A stretch of 64,000 nucleotides of DNA from Octopus vulgaris (Eukaryota). The position numbers and the translations under genes are program-made. Numbering within the stretch: position 1 is the first letter of the stretch; every line of letters begins with the position of its first letter. Shown one piece after another: positions 26,690-39,685 of the stretch. The notes beneath the pieces are model-generated. The model did no database searches. It saw only the letters and a list, made by a program, of their open reading frames with translations, and was not told the origin of the DNA. The stretch lies in contig OX597819.1 in the NCBI GenBank assembly GCA_951406725.2, positions 20,274,001-20,338,000 on the forward strand, given 5' to 3'.

Positions 26690-27890
26690 CATCCATATGA
26701 AAGTCAAGGTCAGCGAGGCGTATCAAAAAAGGTTGAAGATGGTGTTGAAATCCAACCTGAATGTCAAACATTTGATTACGGCAATGAATATATGGACAGC
26801 TGAGGTGGACAGATACCGTGCGTATATCCTCAAATTGACTAAGCAGGAAATATCAACACTGGATAGAAGTACGAGAATGTTGATCATGCCTCATGGGGCG
26901 CTACACCCTACAACAAACGTAAACAGATTGTATATGAAAAGAAGAATGATGACAGAGGATTTATTAGTATAGACCGTTGTACAAGGAGTGAAAGGAGAAG
27001 GCTTGCCGAGAATTTGATAAATAGTGATGAAGACCTGCTGCAATATGCTGCGAATGATATAGGTGTATAAGATGAAATGAGGGGTAAAGAGAAGGTTAAC
27101 CAAAGAGCTGAGGAGAAGAGAAAAGAAGACCTTCTTGAAATGAGAATGCATGGACAGTTTGAAAGGAGTACACAATACGTCAAGGAAAATACAGCATCGT
27201 TGGCTTGGCTTGAGGGAGATGATTTGAAGCGTACCACCGAAAGCCTGATCATTGTTGCACAAGACCAGGCTCTCGCTACCAAGTCAGTGAAATATAAAAT
27301 CTATTAAACGTCTGTTACACAGAAATGTAGACTTTGTGGAAAGTGTGTGGAAAACGTGACCCACTTAAGTGGAAGTACGAGCTGTCTATCTTCAGTGGCT
27401 CTTATGCAGTAAATACTAATATGAAGTAACAGGAAACTGGCATGATAATGTACCAAGTAAAGTTATGCAGGAGGATAGAAAAGTCACGGTAATCGTACAC
27501 CGTCGGCCGGATACTGCCATATTGAGTAAGAAAGACAAATACTCTCAGATCATTGATGTGGCCATACCAAATGACATGAATGTTGTGAGTAAAGAGGTTG
27601 AAAAATCACCAAATACTCCGAGTTGAAAGTGGAATTGGCAAGACTGTATGGAATGCGAGAGGATAATGTAAAAGTGATACCAGTGATGATCGGAGCGTTG
27701 GGCTCAATCCCATTGAAACTCCAAGATTATTCAGGAAACTGGAAATCCCATGCAAGATTGATGTCTTGGAAAAAAGAGCCTTATTGAGCACAGCGCACAT
27801 TTTAAGGAAATTATCATGTGTCTGAGATTCTTGTTGTGACTTGACAGATGACTGAAGACTTCAGTGCATTTTTACCTACGAAGGACTAAT
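26690..27890 (+). mobile_element. Degenerate R4/Dong-type RLE non-LTR retrotransposon (thumb region, CCHC, RLE)
   Basis: Broken frames give YQKRLKMVLKSNLN..HGALHPTTNVNRLY, MHGQF..TESLIIVAQDQAL, CRLCGK..ENVTH, RPD..IIDVAIP, VIPVMIGALG, TAHILRK. Confidence 0.88.
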
Positions 27891-27894
27891 AATA

Positions 27895-28450
27895 ATGAGG
27901 ATAGAAGTGCGATATTGGAAACTGTGTGAAGAGAAGGGGGCTGGGCTAGGGAGAAGCAAGACGTAGTATGTGAGGTGGAGTCGGGGGCTTGCCAAATCCT
28001 CTGAGATTTCCCAATCCAAACAGATCAGGTGCTAGAGATTAAGAGACCGGACCTAGTTGTGGTCGGAAAAATGAATGCATGTGCTAAATAGTTTTATGTT
28101 GTGTTTCCCTTTGACTACAAATACCAAAAACGGAAGGAGACAAAATAAATAAATACAACCCTCTTAAGTACGAAATAGCCTGGTTAAGGAAAAGGGAAAA
28201 AATGAAGATAGTGCCAATTATTGTTGGGTCCTTGGGGACAGTATCAGAAAGCATCAAGAGGAATATAAAGGAAATTGGAATAGAGTGCCCAGAGAACACT
28301 TACAAAAGCTTTTGCCTCCTTAGCACGACTAGAATAGTCAGGAAATTATTAGATAACTGAAAATATTGAATAACATGGTACAGTAGGTGGCAAAACCGCT
28401 CCGCATGCAATTATCCATAAATTCCAATAAAACTTAAGATAAAAAGAAAC
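27895..28450 (+). mobile_element. Second degenerate R4-type RLE 3' fragment
   Basis: ccaatccaaacagat..agaccggacctagttgtg (PIQTD..RPDLVV), KY..LKYEI, IVPIIVGSLGTV. Confidence 0.8.
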
Positions 28451-28494
28451 AATAAAGAGAATAAAAACAAGGAATTACTATTATTTGTTTTTTT

Positions 28495-29033
28495 AGGTAC
28501 ATGCCATCAAAGTGATAATGGGGTAAAATATGCGAAGCACAGTATACCCATTATGACTACCCGTCTGATAAAGGTACACCAGGCACATGCATCACAACTA
28601 TATGTGCGCGATATGGTGATCTCATATCAAGATAAACAGTGCGTGACCATGCCTTTGGGGCCCAGTTAGAATTTTCTTCTGGTCGAGTAATCCATCCCGC
28701 TCAAAAGGTCCCTAAATAAGGGTTGTTTAAGGATGTTGAACAAACCACCCATGTTTCCAGAGGTGAATTATTCAAACCCCAAAGAATACCTCTCAACACA
28801 CAGCTATGATGCTTCCCCACTACTTCTGCTCGTGATCAGAGATGCGCATATCGTCAGCCACTAAGGGACATGCTCAACTGGTTCAGGTCAAACAACTGAC
28901 AAGCAAATCTTTGGTATTGAGCAGTATATTTTTTGTAGCCCATCTTTTATACCCAGACAAAAACAACGTACATGACAACACTTCCAATCACTTAAGATCA
29001 GCAGCCATGAGAGCCACTGCCTGATATTGCATC

Positions 29034-29035
<2 letters not shown>
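28495..29035 (-). mobile_element. Non-coding ~540-bp interspersed repeat abutting (TAA)n
   Basis: Homologous in reverse complement to 39350-39685; terminal motif catgagagcca.tgcctgata next to (ATT)n also at 23040-23060. Confidence 0.75.
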
Positions 29036-29096
<61 letters not shown>

Positions 29097-29116
29097 GTTG
29101 TTGTTGTTGTTATTTA

Positions 29117-29642
29117 TTGTCTCTCCACAGCATATAACACTGGAGATGTACTACGGTGTCAGCTGTTAACTACCAGTGAACTAAAGAAACACCCGTTTTA
29201 TTTCGACCAACATTCGGAGAATTCGAGCGGTTCCAAGCTGTGCTGTTTTCTGCAAGTGCTCCACCCGTTTTGCAACTCCTATTTGTTCCATGTACCTCTC
29301 AGGATTTTTCCTCACTGTTCCCAGAGCTCCGACAATTATTGGTACTACTACTACCTTTTTCACGTACTAGAACTGCTTAACCTCCCAAGCTTACCTGTTG
29401 TATCTCTCGACTTTTCTTTCCTCCTTATTGCATACATTGTTGTCAGCTTGGCATGCTATGTCTATGACCCATCATAGTTTCTTTTCTTTCTCAATTAACA
29501 CTATATCTGGTTTGGTATTCTCTGTCTCATGGTTGCACTGAATATCAAAATTCAACAGGATTTTTGCATTATCGTTTTCCGATGATGCCTTCTGGTTTAT
29601 GTTCGCACCACTATTTTGCTCTTTCAAGTCCACACGTGTTGT
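29117..29642 (-). mobile_element. R4/Dong-type LINE family Y, 3' fragment (RLE + 3' UTR)
   Basis: ORF 29181..29363 VVVPIIVGALGTV..LQKTAQLGTARILR; 3' UTR ttagttcactg..cagctgacac.gtagtacatctccag shared with 43255 and 43997-44450. Confidence 0.88.
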
Positions 29643-29658
29643 ATTATTATTATTATTA

Positions 29659-29719
<61 letters not shown>

Positions 29720-29874
29720 TTTTTTTTTTCTTCTTTCAAACTTTCTTCCATTTCTTGCCGAGTGTCTTCCCGACTCCTAGGGCAAAGAAACTCATAGTGT
29801 ATATTGGTAGGCCATTAAACCAAACTCAGTAGTTCGTTCATTTTTTTAAATTTTTTTTTTTTTAAAGTTAAATT

Positions 29875-31281
29875 AAAATACATGAGCAGCAACAGTTCTC
29901 ACATCGACAATGCTCTTCTCAATACGTGTGATGTACCAGTTAAGACAATCTTTTGCACTTCTTGCAGGGATGGTATGCCAGGGATCATTCTCAAATAATT
30001 TTCGGTTCCCTTCTTGATCATTCCTAGCGCTCCTACGATCACTGGTATTGTAACCGCCTTGAGATGCCACATTTTCTCAATTTCAATGTGTAGGTCTTTA
30101 TATTTTCAGAGCTTGTCAAACTCTTTCGCTGAGATATTATGATCACAGGGGATGCTCATGTCGATCAATAAGCAAATTTTATTGTTTTGGTCTTTCACAA
30201 CAATATCTGGTTTATTGGCCTTGATGGTTCGGTCTGTATGTACTGGAAAGTCCCACAGAATGGTTACATTTTCTCCTTCAGTTACAGCCTCAGGGTGGTG
30301 ATTATACCACTTGTCGGCAGTTTTGATATTGTAATGCCGACTTATTAGCCAGTGGAGATATTGGCCAACTCCGTCATGTCTTAATTTATACTCCACTGGT
30401 GCTAAGACTTTACATCCAGAGATTAGGTGGTCCACTGTTTCAATCATGTCGTTGCAGAATCGGCATTTTGGGTCTGCTCCATTTTTCATCACATTGGCCT
30501 GGTAGTTCCGGGTTAATAGGCTTTGGTCTTGAGCAGCCAGGATGAAACCTTCGCTCTCTGCTTTTAGCCCTGAGCTCCGCAGCCACTGATGGGTTTGCTT
30601 TTGGTCAACATCAGCTTGTTTGCTGCGGGTCACATATTTGCCGTGCAGAGGTTTCTCCTCCCACCTATCAGCCAATTGCTCGTGCGCTTTTTTCATTGCC
30701 ATCATTTTCACCTTCTTTGCAACAATAGTTGCCGTACTTCCCTCGGGTTGTTCAGTTTGGGTATCCTGCACGAGATCAATAGCAAATTTTTTGCTTTCCT
30801 TGATGATAGAATGAAGCTTCTTTCGTCTCTCGTGATTTTCCACGAGCTTTAGCATCCAGTCATTCGATATTTCGAGATATTTGGCCAGTCCAATTGTGGT
30901 TGTTTTGTAAGCTAGTTCAAATTGGATCACGCCTCGACATCCTTGGGCTCTGGGAAGGTAAAGGCGATCTACGTCTGCCTTTGGGTGGTGCATCCTATTA
31001 CAACTCAGCAGCTTGCGTATTTTTCTATCTATATTCTTTACTTCACTCATATTGCAGTTCAACACATTGTAGCTATAAGTAACAACTGGAACTGCTAAGG
31101 AATATATAGCTAACACCGTGTTACGTGCATTTAGTTCAGATTTCAGGACTGCACGAACTCTCCAATAACATTCCTTCCTGATTTTCTCTTTCATGCTTGC
31201 ATGCTGAATACCAGAGCCTTCATTTATCCCTAAATATTTGTATGTCTGTTCTTGCTCAAGCTCTCTTATGACTGTCAACAT
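29875..31281 (-). pseudogene. Thumb/CCHC/RLE portion of the R4-type ORF, premature stop at 30106-30108
   Basis: ORF 30106..31281 ends KEFDKL* and continues in frame KYKDLHIEIEKMWHLKAVTIPVIVGALGMIK. Confidence 0.92.
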
Positions 31282-32223
31282 CTAACACGACTGAATTTGT
31301 GGTCTTCACTTTCCCTTTCTGGAAAGTGGCCTTGGCACACTTCTCAAGTCCAAACTCCATCCCGATGTCATCGCTGAATGCTTTCACGGTGCGCAATAGG
31401 CCTTCAAGTTCATTATTGTCTTTATCATAAAGTTTTAAGTCATCCATATAAAATAGATGGCCTATCTTTTTATTGGAAAATTTATACCCATACCCTGTTC
31501 TGTTTAATTCACTTGTAAGGGGTATTAGGGCTATGCAGAATATTAAAGGTGAAAGTGAGTCACCTTGAAAAATGCCACAGTTGATGTTTATATTTTCTGA
31601 GGCAAGTACTCCATTAGAGTGGTATAATTGGAGATTCGTATTCCACAACGACATATTGTGCTTCAGGAAGTTTGAAATCACAGGGGAAATTTTAAAGATG
31701 TCCAGCGATCTCAAGATCCATGGATGCGGTATACTGTCGAAGGCCTTTTTATAGTCAATCCATGCGGTGCTGAGATTTCTGCGCTTGTTGTGACAGTTCT
31801 CAAGGATCATACGATTGATTAGCAGTTGATCTTTGCATCCGTAAGAGCCTCGGCGGCACCCTTTTTGTTCAATGGGGAAAATATCGTTTTTCTCCATGAA
31901 TGCATATGTTTTCTCCGCCAGGATAGATGTTAGGATTGTATACGTGGTGGATAGACAGGTCATAGGCCGATAGTTTTTTGGAAGGTTGGTTTCGTTATTC
32001 TTTGGGAGTAGGTAAGTAATGCCACTTGCTAACCATTCAGGTGTTTTCTTTGGGTCTCTAAAAATTCCATTGAGCAGCTGAACTAGCTTACCGTGTGCGC
32101 ACGGGAGCGATTCGAGCCAGAAATTCGGCACCCTATCTTTACCGGGGGATTTCCAATTATGGGCCTTCGTGAGTGCCTTTCTTAGGTCTGCTATTGTGAT
32201 GTCTTCCCATGCTTGTTGTTGTA
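31256..32223 (-). pseudogene. Reverse transcriptase domain of the R4-type element (frameshift near 31270)
   Basis: Coding part of ORF 31256..32521 after the poly-N; the poly-N and upstream residues are microsatellite read-through. Confidence 0.92.
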
Positions 32224-32410
<187 letters not shown>

Positions 32411-32534
32411 AACTTCTTTCAATCCTGCTAACGATTCTGCCAGCTCGCAACAGCAATAACAGTTCACCGACTTCGTGTATAATACTCCAGTCCACTCTAA
32501 GCACATTACCTCAAGAGTCAATTACATCAACCTC

Positions 32535-32690
32535 AGTGTTCTACTGGTATTTATCTTGATTGACTCCGAAAGGATGTAACGCAAAATCTACCGCAGCCGG
32601 ATTTAAACACAGGACGTAAGAACTAGATGAAATACCGCTAAGCCTTTTGTCCCGCGTGCTAACGATTCCCCCAGTTCGACACACCTTAGG
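32535..32690 (-). mobile_element. SINE family C, diverged
   Basis: actggtatt..gactccgaaaggatg..ccggatttaaacacaggacgtaa..gaaataccgctaagc. Confidence 0.7.
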
Positions 32691-32807
32691 GTAGGGTATA
32701 AGATTGAAATGAATTATGATGGTGAATACCAACCGATACAATATCAATATTGCTTCTCTTGACGTATCAACAATTCCAACTTTCTTTTCTGAAATAATTT
32801 AGATACT

Positions 32808-32829
32808 GATGCTACTGCTGCAGCTGCTG

Positions 32830-32912
<83 letters not shown>

Positions 32913-33063
32913 ACTACTACAACTACGGCTACTACGACTACGGCTACTACGACTACTACGACTACTACTACTACTACTACTACTACTGCTGCAACTACTG
33001 CTACTACTACTGATACTACTACTACTACTAAAACTACTACTGCTGCTGCTGCTACTACTACTG

Positions 33064-33123
<60 letters not shown>

Positions 33124-33132
33124 TTACTACTG
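32808..33132. repeat. Compound (CTA)n/(CTG)n trinucleotide tract
   Basis: Direct reading. Confidence 0.97.
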
Positions 33133-34111
33133 CAATGTATTCTCTCTTTTTCTCCAACGGTAAAACGTAATTTCAAGAGGAATTGGTTGCTGTGTTTAGC
33201 TGATAATTTGACGAGTCAGAGGCTTTCTGTTGGTTCACAGATGCGGCAGGTGAATACTTCCGAACGGCACCTTTAATTTAAGTATTGCGAGCTTCAACAT
33301 TGATTAACTGATTCAGTAAAGATTAGATTCACAGGTAGGTTATTGTATGGGAGATGCCTTGAATGGAATAACCACTGCAGCATTAATAACTGTGTAGTCA
33401 AACATGGAGATATTTGTTCATTTAAACTCATGTTTTCTTTCATTGGCCAACGATGTCTGGTTTTAGTTGTATAATAAATGTCAGATGATTAAATCTTCGA
33501 TTAAGAGTAAAAGCATGCAATGTCAAATCTTAGATTGAAGTATGTACAGCATCGGAGAATATGTTAAATCTGCAGTATGGTGCTTCTATAATTACTTTCA
33601 TATCAGGTAGTGAATTGTACGACGAGATTCACCACTTTTGGTTTCAGGCAATGAATATTGCGGAAAATATCGATGCGAGAGGCAATCTATAATGTTATAA
33701 AGTCAAGGAAGAGTGAGTAGAAAATAATGACATCCTTGTTTTCCCCTCAGGGTGAGGTTTTAGAAGAATAATAGAGATTACTAAACAGATCGGTGAAACA
33801 CTAAATTCGAGAAGAAAGTGGCGGGGGGAGAAAAATGAGGAGGAGGTTGAGGAAGGAGAGGTACATGCATTGCGAATTAATGTGGTAACAGCCAAAGGGA
33901 TGAATATGGAGCACAGAATATGTTATTTGAAATTTGCAGTGTGTAGAATTAGCAACTAAACATAGACGCGTCTTCATCTGTAAGTAAATGATAAATTTGC
34001 CAAAAAGAATTTACGCTTTGAAATAAACACTTATATACGGACATGTATAGAAGTGTAGCAAAATGTGTGTGTATGTACGTATAAATACCTACCTACATAC
34101 ATAAATATATA

Positions 34112-34232
34112 TTCTTTTATTCTTTTATTCGTTTTAGTCATTTGACTGCAGCCATGTTGGAACACCACCTTTAGTCGAACAAATCGACCCCAGGACTTAT
34201 TCTTTCTAAGCCTAGTAGTTATTCTGACGGTC
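34112..34232 (-). mobile_element. SINE family A 3' fragment
   Basis: gtcatttgactgcagccatgttggaacaccacctttagtcgaacaaatcgaccccaggacttattc. Confidence 0.8.
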
Positions 34233-34499
34233 TATATATATATATAAAATTAAACTTGACTAACGTTGTTAATAATTGCAGCACCTCTCAGGGAATATGT
34301 GCTTTGTAAAAGGATTGGAACTTTTTAGCCTCTATTACTAGCAATGTAGGTGTTATTCACACATTTAGTCAAGTTTAGTTCACTACTATAATATTCCTTT
34401 ACGGTATAACGTTGCAAAAAGCTGTTTTTATTGAAGTTTTTCATACTCATTAGCGATCTGCTAAACCACCCATAGACTCTTATGACGAATATATAAATT

Positions 34500-34888
34500 C
34501 TCATAGGCGAGGTAGCCCGGAATCAAGCAAACGAATTGGCCTTATTGAAGATGGCAACGGAAATTGCCAAAATTGGCCGGTCATCCTCATGAATGCTCGG
34601 TTCGATATTCGGGGCGATTGCAGCCCCTATGAAAGTATATGTCATGTGCTTTGTAACAGAATTGGAGCATTTTAGAAACCTATTTCTAGGAATGTTGAGT
34701 CGCCATGATAGATCGTTAGCCACTACACACATTTTTTTCTCTCCTTGTTCTATCTGTGCCCCTTTCTGTAGAAGAGCGTAGGCTCGAAACGTAACATACT
34801 TTTTCTATTCCTGAGCGTTATACTAATAGATCTGTTTGTTTTGTACACCACCTGTCTTCGTCTTTTGTTTTTTTCGTAAACTCTCCCT
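34500..34888 (+). mobile_element. Probable PLE 3'-terminal fragment ending in (TA)n, with a degenerate hammerhead
   Basis: CTGTAGA A GAGC-GTAG-GCTC GAAAC GTA at 34766-34793, followed by ttcctgagcgt..taata as in 61007-61075. The 5' limit is uncertain. Confidence 0.55.
34763..34796 (+). ncRNA. Degenerate minimal hammerhead motif (core CUGUAGA, likely inactive)
   Basis: Stem II GAGC/GCTC and GAAACGTA intact; conserved A6 replaced; stem I weak. Confidence 0.5.
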
Positions 34889-34916
34889 ATATATATATAT
34901 ATATATGGATAGATAC

Positions 34917-34985
<69 letters not shown>

Positions 34986-36060
34986 AATATAGATATATAC
35001 ATACATACGTACGTGCGTGTGTGTGTGTGTATGTCTGTGCATGTGCGTGTATATATAACAAATTGTCAGAGATTATCAACCCGGATTAAATACTTCATTA
35101 GCTCTCTGCAATGGAACTAAAACGACTACTTCAGAGAGTTGTGAGCTAAAGTTGACCCAATGAGCAAAAAATATGTAACGGCAATTATTTCAACTCGTTT
35201 CTTATTATATATGGTATATCATATATCACATACATAGTCTATATATATAAGAACACAAATGGGCTTTAAATTTCATTCCCATTTTTGTTTCTATTTTATA
35301 CCACTCATAACCAGCGTTGTATCGGAACCCCTCTTTTAAATTGCATATCTACAGCATCCTAGTAAAATCTGATGTCTTGATACCGTCAGAGTTGTTTCCC
35401 CTGATTGCGATTTCTACGTTGTTGTACTTAGCCCTTTCTGGGTCTCTGTCTCTCCATTTAATCATAACTAAATATTTGCGCACAATAACATTTCTGTGTG
35501 TATATTTCATACTAGAATATAATCTTTAATCCGTGTTCCTGAGTTATATTTTGTCTATTCTAAAATACCTACTGGACTTAATGTGACTAACTAAAATTCT
35601 GATTTTGTACCCAGTAATATAACCACATAATATACATGTTTCTATATATCAATATGGCTTTCATCAAACCTGAAGCAATATTAGCTGCTGGTGTAGCAGA
35701 AAAATAGCTTGGTGGAAGGGGAACCAATAAATAGAGATTTATAGAGTTTATAGTTATCAAATAGTGTTTATACTGCCGTAAATCTTCGGTAATTTTATTT
35801 TATTTAGATTAATGTTTGAGTTTCTATAAAGAATTATATTCTCTGAGAATAAAATGTGGGACAGGCAAATTTAGAGTAATACACAAACAGCACATACTCA
35901 AACTCACACGCACACACATACACCAACATATATACACACATTTGTGTGAGTACATGTATGCGTGTGTGCGTGTGTGTGTATTTATATATATGTAATATAT
36001 AGTATATATATATATAAGTATATACATACATATATATATATAAATATAAATACATATATA

Positions 36061-36430
36061 TAGGCGCAGGAGTGGCTGTGTGGTAAGTAGCTTGCTAACC
36101 AACCACACGGTTGCGGGTTCAGTCCCACTGCGTGGCATCTTGGGCAAGTGTCTTCTGCTATAGCCCCGGGCCGACCAATGCCTTGTGAGTGGATTTGGTA
36201 GACGGAAACTGAAAGAAGCCTGTCGTATATATGTATATATATGTATATGTGTGTGTGTTTGTGTGTCTGTGTTTGTCCCCCTAGCATTGCTTGACAACCG
36301 ATGCTGGTGTGTTTACGTCCCCGTCATTTAGCGGTTCGGCAAAAAGAGACCGATAGAATAAGTACTAAAAGGTGGTGCTCCAGTATGGCCGCAGTCAAAT
36401 GACTGAAACAAGTAAAAGAGTAAAAGAGTA
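36061..36430 (+). mobile_element. tRNA-derived SINE family A, near full length
   Basis: tRNA-like head with B-box-like GGTTCAGTCCC, cttgggcaagtgtctt centre, internal TA/TG tract, tail gactgaaacaagtaaaagagtaaaagag. Confidence 0.9.
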
Positions 36431-36448
36431 TATATATATATATATATA

Positions 36449-36534
<86 letters not shown>

Positions 36535-36654
36535 GTATATGTATATATGTATATGTATTTACATAAATATATCGATATCTATAAAACTGTAATATTCTAT
36601 CTGTCGATTTATCTGCCTGTCTGTGCCACTGCCTCTGTATAAATAAATAAATAA

Positions 36655-36752
<98 letters not shown>

Positions 36753-36754
36753 TA

Positions 36755-36785
<31 letters not shown>

Positions 36786-36879
36786 TGTTTGGGAAATTCC
36801 TTGATACAGTTACAATATTTGGAGAGCGGATTTTGTTCTCAAAGTGTTAAGATTGAGAAAAGAACCTATTTACAATGTC

Positions 36880-37138
36880 GAAAGACAGTAAATTTTGGGA
36901 AGAGATTTCACAAAATGTGTGTAGGCTTTGCATTTAATGATGTTCAAGCGCTTTCAGTTAACGTTTTCAAGCGCGTGTTATTATATATAGTGGAAGTTGT
37001 TTTCAGTAAAATTGTTGTTGACTATTGCTGGTACTGAAAACAACTTCTAATATATATAATAACACGTGCTTGAAGCGTTAACTGAAAGCAGAGCCTTAAC
37101 ACATTTGTGAAATCTCTTCCTAAAGTTTAGAGTCTTTC
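36880..37138. repeat. Imperfect inverted repeat, about 260-nt hairpin
   Basis: Inner arms 36950-37008 / 37032-37089 and outer arms 36880-36931 / 37088-37138 are complementary; 23-nt loop; about 18-nt bulge on the left. Confidence 0.9.
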
Positions 37139-37194
37139 TATCTATCTTTATATCTATCTATGTATCTATGTATGTATGTATGTATGTATCTATG

Positions 37195-37252
<58 letters not shown>

Positions 37253-37338
37253 ACTATATATCTATATCTATCTATCGATCTATCTGTCTATATATCTATC
37301 TATCTATCTATTGCTCCCTCTCTCTCTCTCTCTCTATC

Positions 37339-37410
<72 letters not shown>

Positions 37411-38940
37411 GCCTCCCCCGTCGTTAGACGACGTAAGAATGTTCGTCCAGACAGATGATTTGTTTAGTGATGCAGATAATGATGCAGGTAGCTCACTCCC
37501 TCCATCAAATCGGCGTTACCTATACACTTCAACTGGGCGCCACATGTCAGACGTCGAAATGTTCGCAGAGAAACGTGATAAAGTGCTTTGTTCAAGAAGA
37601 TAACACAACACCCGGTCTGGAATCGAACTCATGATATAGGTGTGTGTGTGTGTATTTGTGTTTGTGTGTCTGTGTGTGTGTGTTGTGTTTATTTACATAC
37701 ACAGAAGCAGCGCGCAGATATTTTATATATATGTGAAATTATGTGATGCATATCTAGAGGAGGAACGGAAACGACGCATTAGAAACCTGTCTACATCATT
37801 TTCTAACAAAAATAAATTATGAAATATAAGCAATGTAGAAATTTTGGAGATGTATGGCAATGGAATATGACCCGGAGAAAGCCTCAATGCTTCTTGATTT
37901 TCTTGGCCCCGTTTAATGGAAGTAATGCAAAGACAACTTCATCTTAGAGCAAATATGCTAAGTCTATCGCCCACCGCTTTTATGAATCCCTCAATTCAAA
38001 GAATAAGTAATCCCTCTTGATCAATAGAAGACCAAATATCGCACGCTCAGACTTTTGGTAGCAATATGTATTTGTTGATATGTTCTATAGTTTCTGACAA
38101 ACCAAGAAATCGTTATATTATTAGTTTCATTTTAAAACTAACCTCCATTTCGATAACAGTTGTAAAAATAACGACTAGACCATTTAGTTATGTTTGTAGT
38201 CACAAGGCGCTAACAGGTATGGGTCTTTAACTGACTGCAAACCGAACGTTGTTCTAAAATGTTAACAACCAAGATTATGGATGGGCAGCAGAAGTAGAAT
38301 CACATACAGAATTAACAAACTTTATGAAGCCATAGAAGCCTACAACAGCCTATATAGTTTGTACAGAGAAACAGAAACATGCGCACAAATGTCTGTATGC
38401 ATGTAAACATACACACATACACGTACACACACAAGCAAACGCGCAAATTTGCATAAATATATATATATAATTATCTTATATTAAACTTTTTAATACTTTT
38501 TGATAGTTATATATATTAAAGAAAAAATATTAATTTAAATTTTAAAAAATATAAAAAATTATAAATATAAATTAAAAATTTTAAATTTAAATAATTTAAA
38601 TTCTAAATTTTATATTTTATATATTTTGTATATTATATTATTTATTTTTATTTTTATATTTTGGTTTATGTTTTTTACTGTTTGATTTGCCTAATAGTGA
38701 TTTTATCTCGAATTTAATTTATATATATATATATACATACACGCGTGCGTGTGTGTGTATGCGCCATAGTGTTGGAAAAATATGCCTACATTGGACAGTA
38801 ACAAGTACAGAATTGCCAGTTCAATCCTTTGCAAATACATCCATTTAAACAAAGTAGACATAATTACAGTATCATAAAACGATATTCGTATTGTTTTAAA
38901 ATTAAATTATTCTCTATGTTTAGATACTTATACAATCGGC

Positions 38941-39308
38941 GGAGGCGCAATGGTCCAATGGTTAGGGCAGCGGACTCACGGTCGTAGGATCAGGTTTCGA
39001 TTCCCAGACCGGGCGTTGTGAGTGTTTATTGAGCGAAAACACCTAAAGCTCCACGAGGCTCCGGCAGGGGATGGTGGTGATCCCTGCTGTACTCTTTCAC
39101 CACAACTTTCTCTCACTCATACTTCCTGTTTCTGTTGTACCTGTATTTCAAAGGGCCGGCTTTGTGACTTTCTATGTCCCCGAGAACTACGTTAAGGGTA
39201 CACGTGTCTGTGGAGTGCTCAGCCACTTACACGTTAATTTCACGAGCAGGCTGTTCCGTTGATCGGATCAACCGGAACCCTCGTCGTCGTAACCGACGGA
39301 GTGCTTCC
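38941..39308 (+). mobile_element. tRNA-derived SINE family B, near full length
   Basis: ggaggcgcaatggtccaatggttagggcagcggactc..gtttcgattcccagaccggg..cgtaaccgacggagtgcttcc. Confidence 0.9.
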
Positions 39309-39349
39309 ATACAATCGGCCCATAGAAATTCGTATATGGATATAATTCG

Positions 39350-39685
39350 ATGTAGTGGAGGAGCATCATAGCCATGCATTGAGAGGAATTCTTTGGGGTT
39401 TTGATAATTCATCACTGGGAACATAGGTGTTTTGTTGAACATCCTTATAAACCCTTATTCAAGCACCTTTTGAAAAGGATGGGCTACCTGCAGAAAATTA
39501 TAAATGGGCCCCACCTGCAAGGTGATGTGACGTTTATCTTGATAAAAGATCACCATGTCGCGGACATATGGTTGTGATGGCTGGTATACCCATATCAGAC
39601 AGGTAGTCAAGATGTATATATTGGTATTCGTATGTTTTGTACCCCAGAGACATTTTGATGTTATTCATTGCTCTCTAACACAATT
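39350..39685 (+). mobile_element. Second, partial copy of the 28495-29035 repeat
   Basis: gtagtggaggagcatcatagcc..tctttggggtt..ttgaacatcctta..atcttgata..gatcaccatgtcgcg matches the reverse complement of 28500-28825. Confidence 0.8.

Larger units (their letters stand above)
29720..32223 (-). mobile_element. 5'-truncated R4/Dong-clade non-LTR retrotransposon (RT + CCHC + RLE) inserted in (TAA)n
   Basis: RT motifs KSPGKD, NYRPMTCL, WIDYKKAFDS, GIFQGDSLSP, YMDD; CRFC..HLISGC; KPDIVV..LIDMSIP; (TAA)n on both flanks on the sense strand. Confidence 0.95.

Noticed and set aside
28760-28910. HDV-like ribozyme fold on the minus strand of the TAA-associated repeat
   Set aside because: A P1/P3-like pairing can be drawn, but P1.1, P2 and J4/2 do not fit convincingly.
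33330-33680. Possible old CR1/L2 LINE remnant (also 45960-46400 with GVQQGS on the minus strand)
   Set aside because: Motifs too decayed and on inconsistent strands to support by eye.
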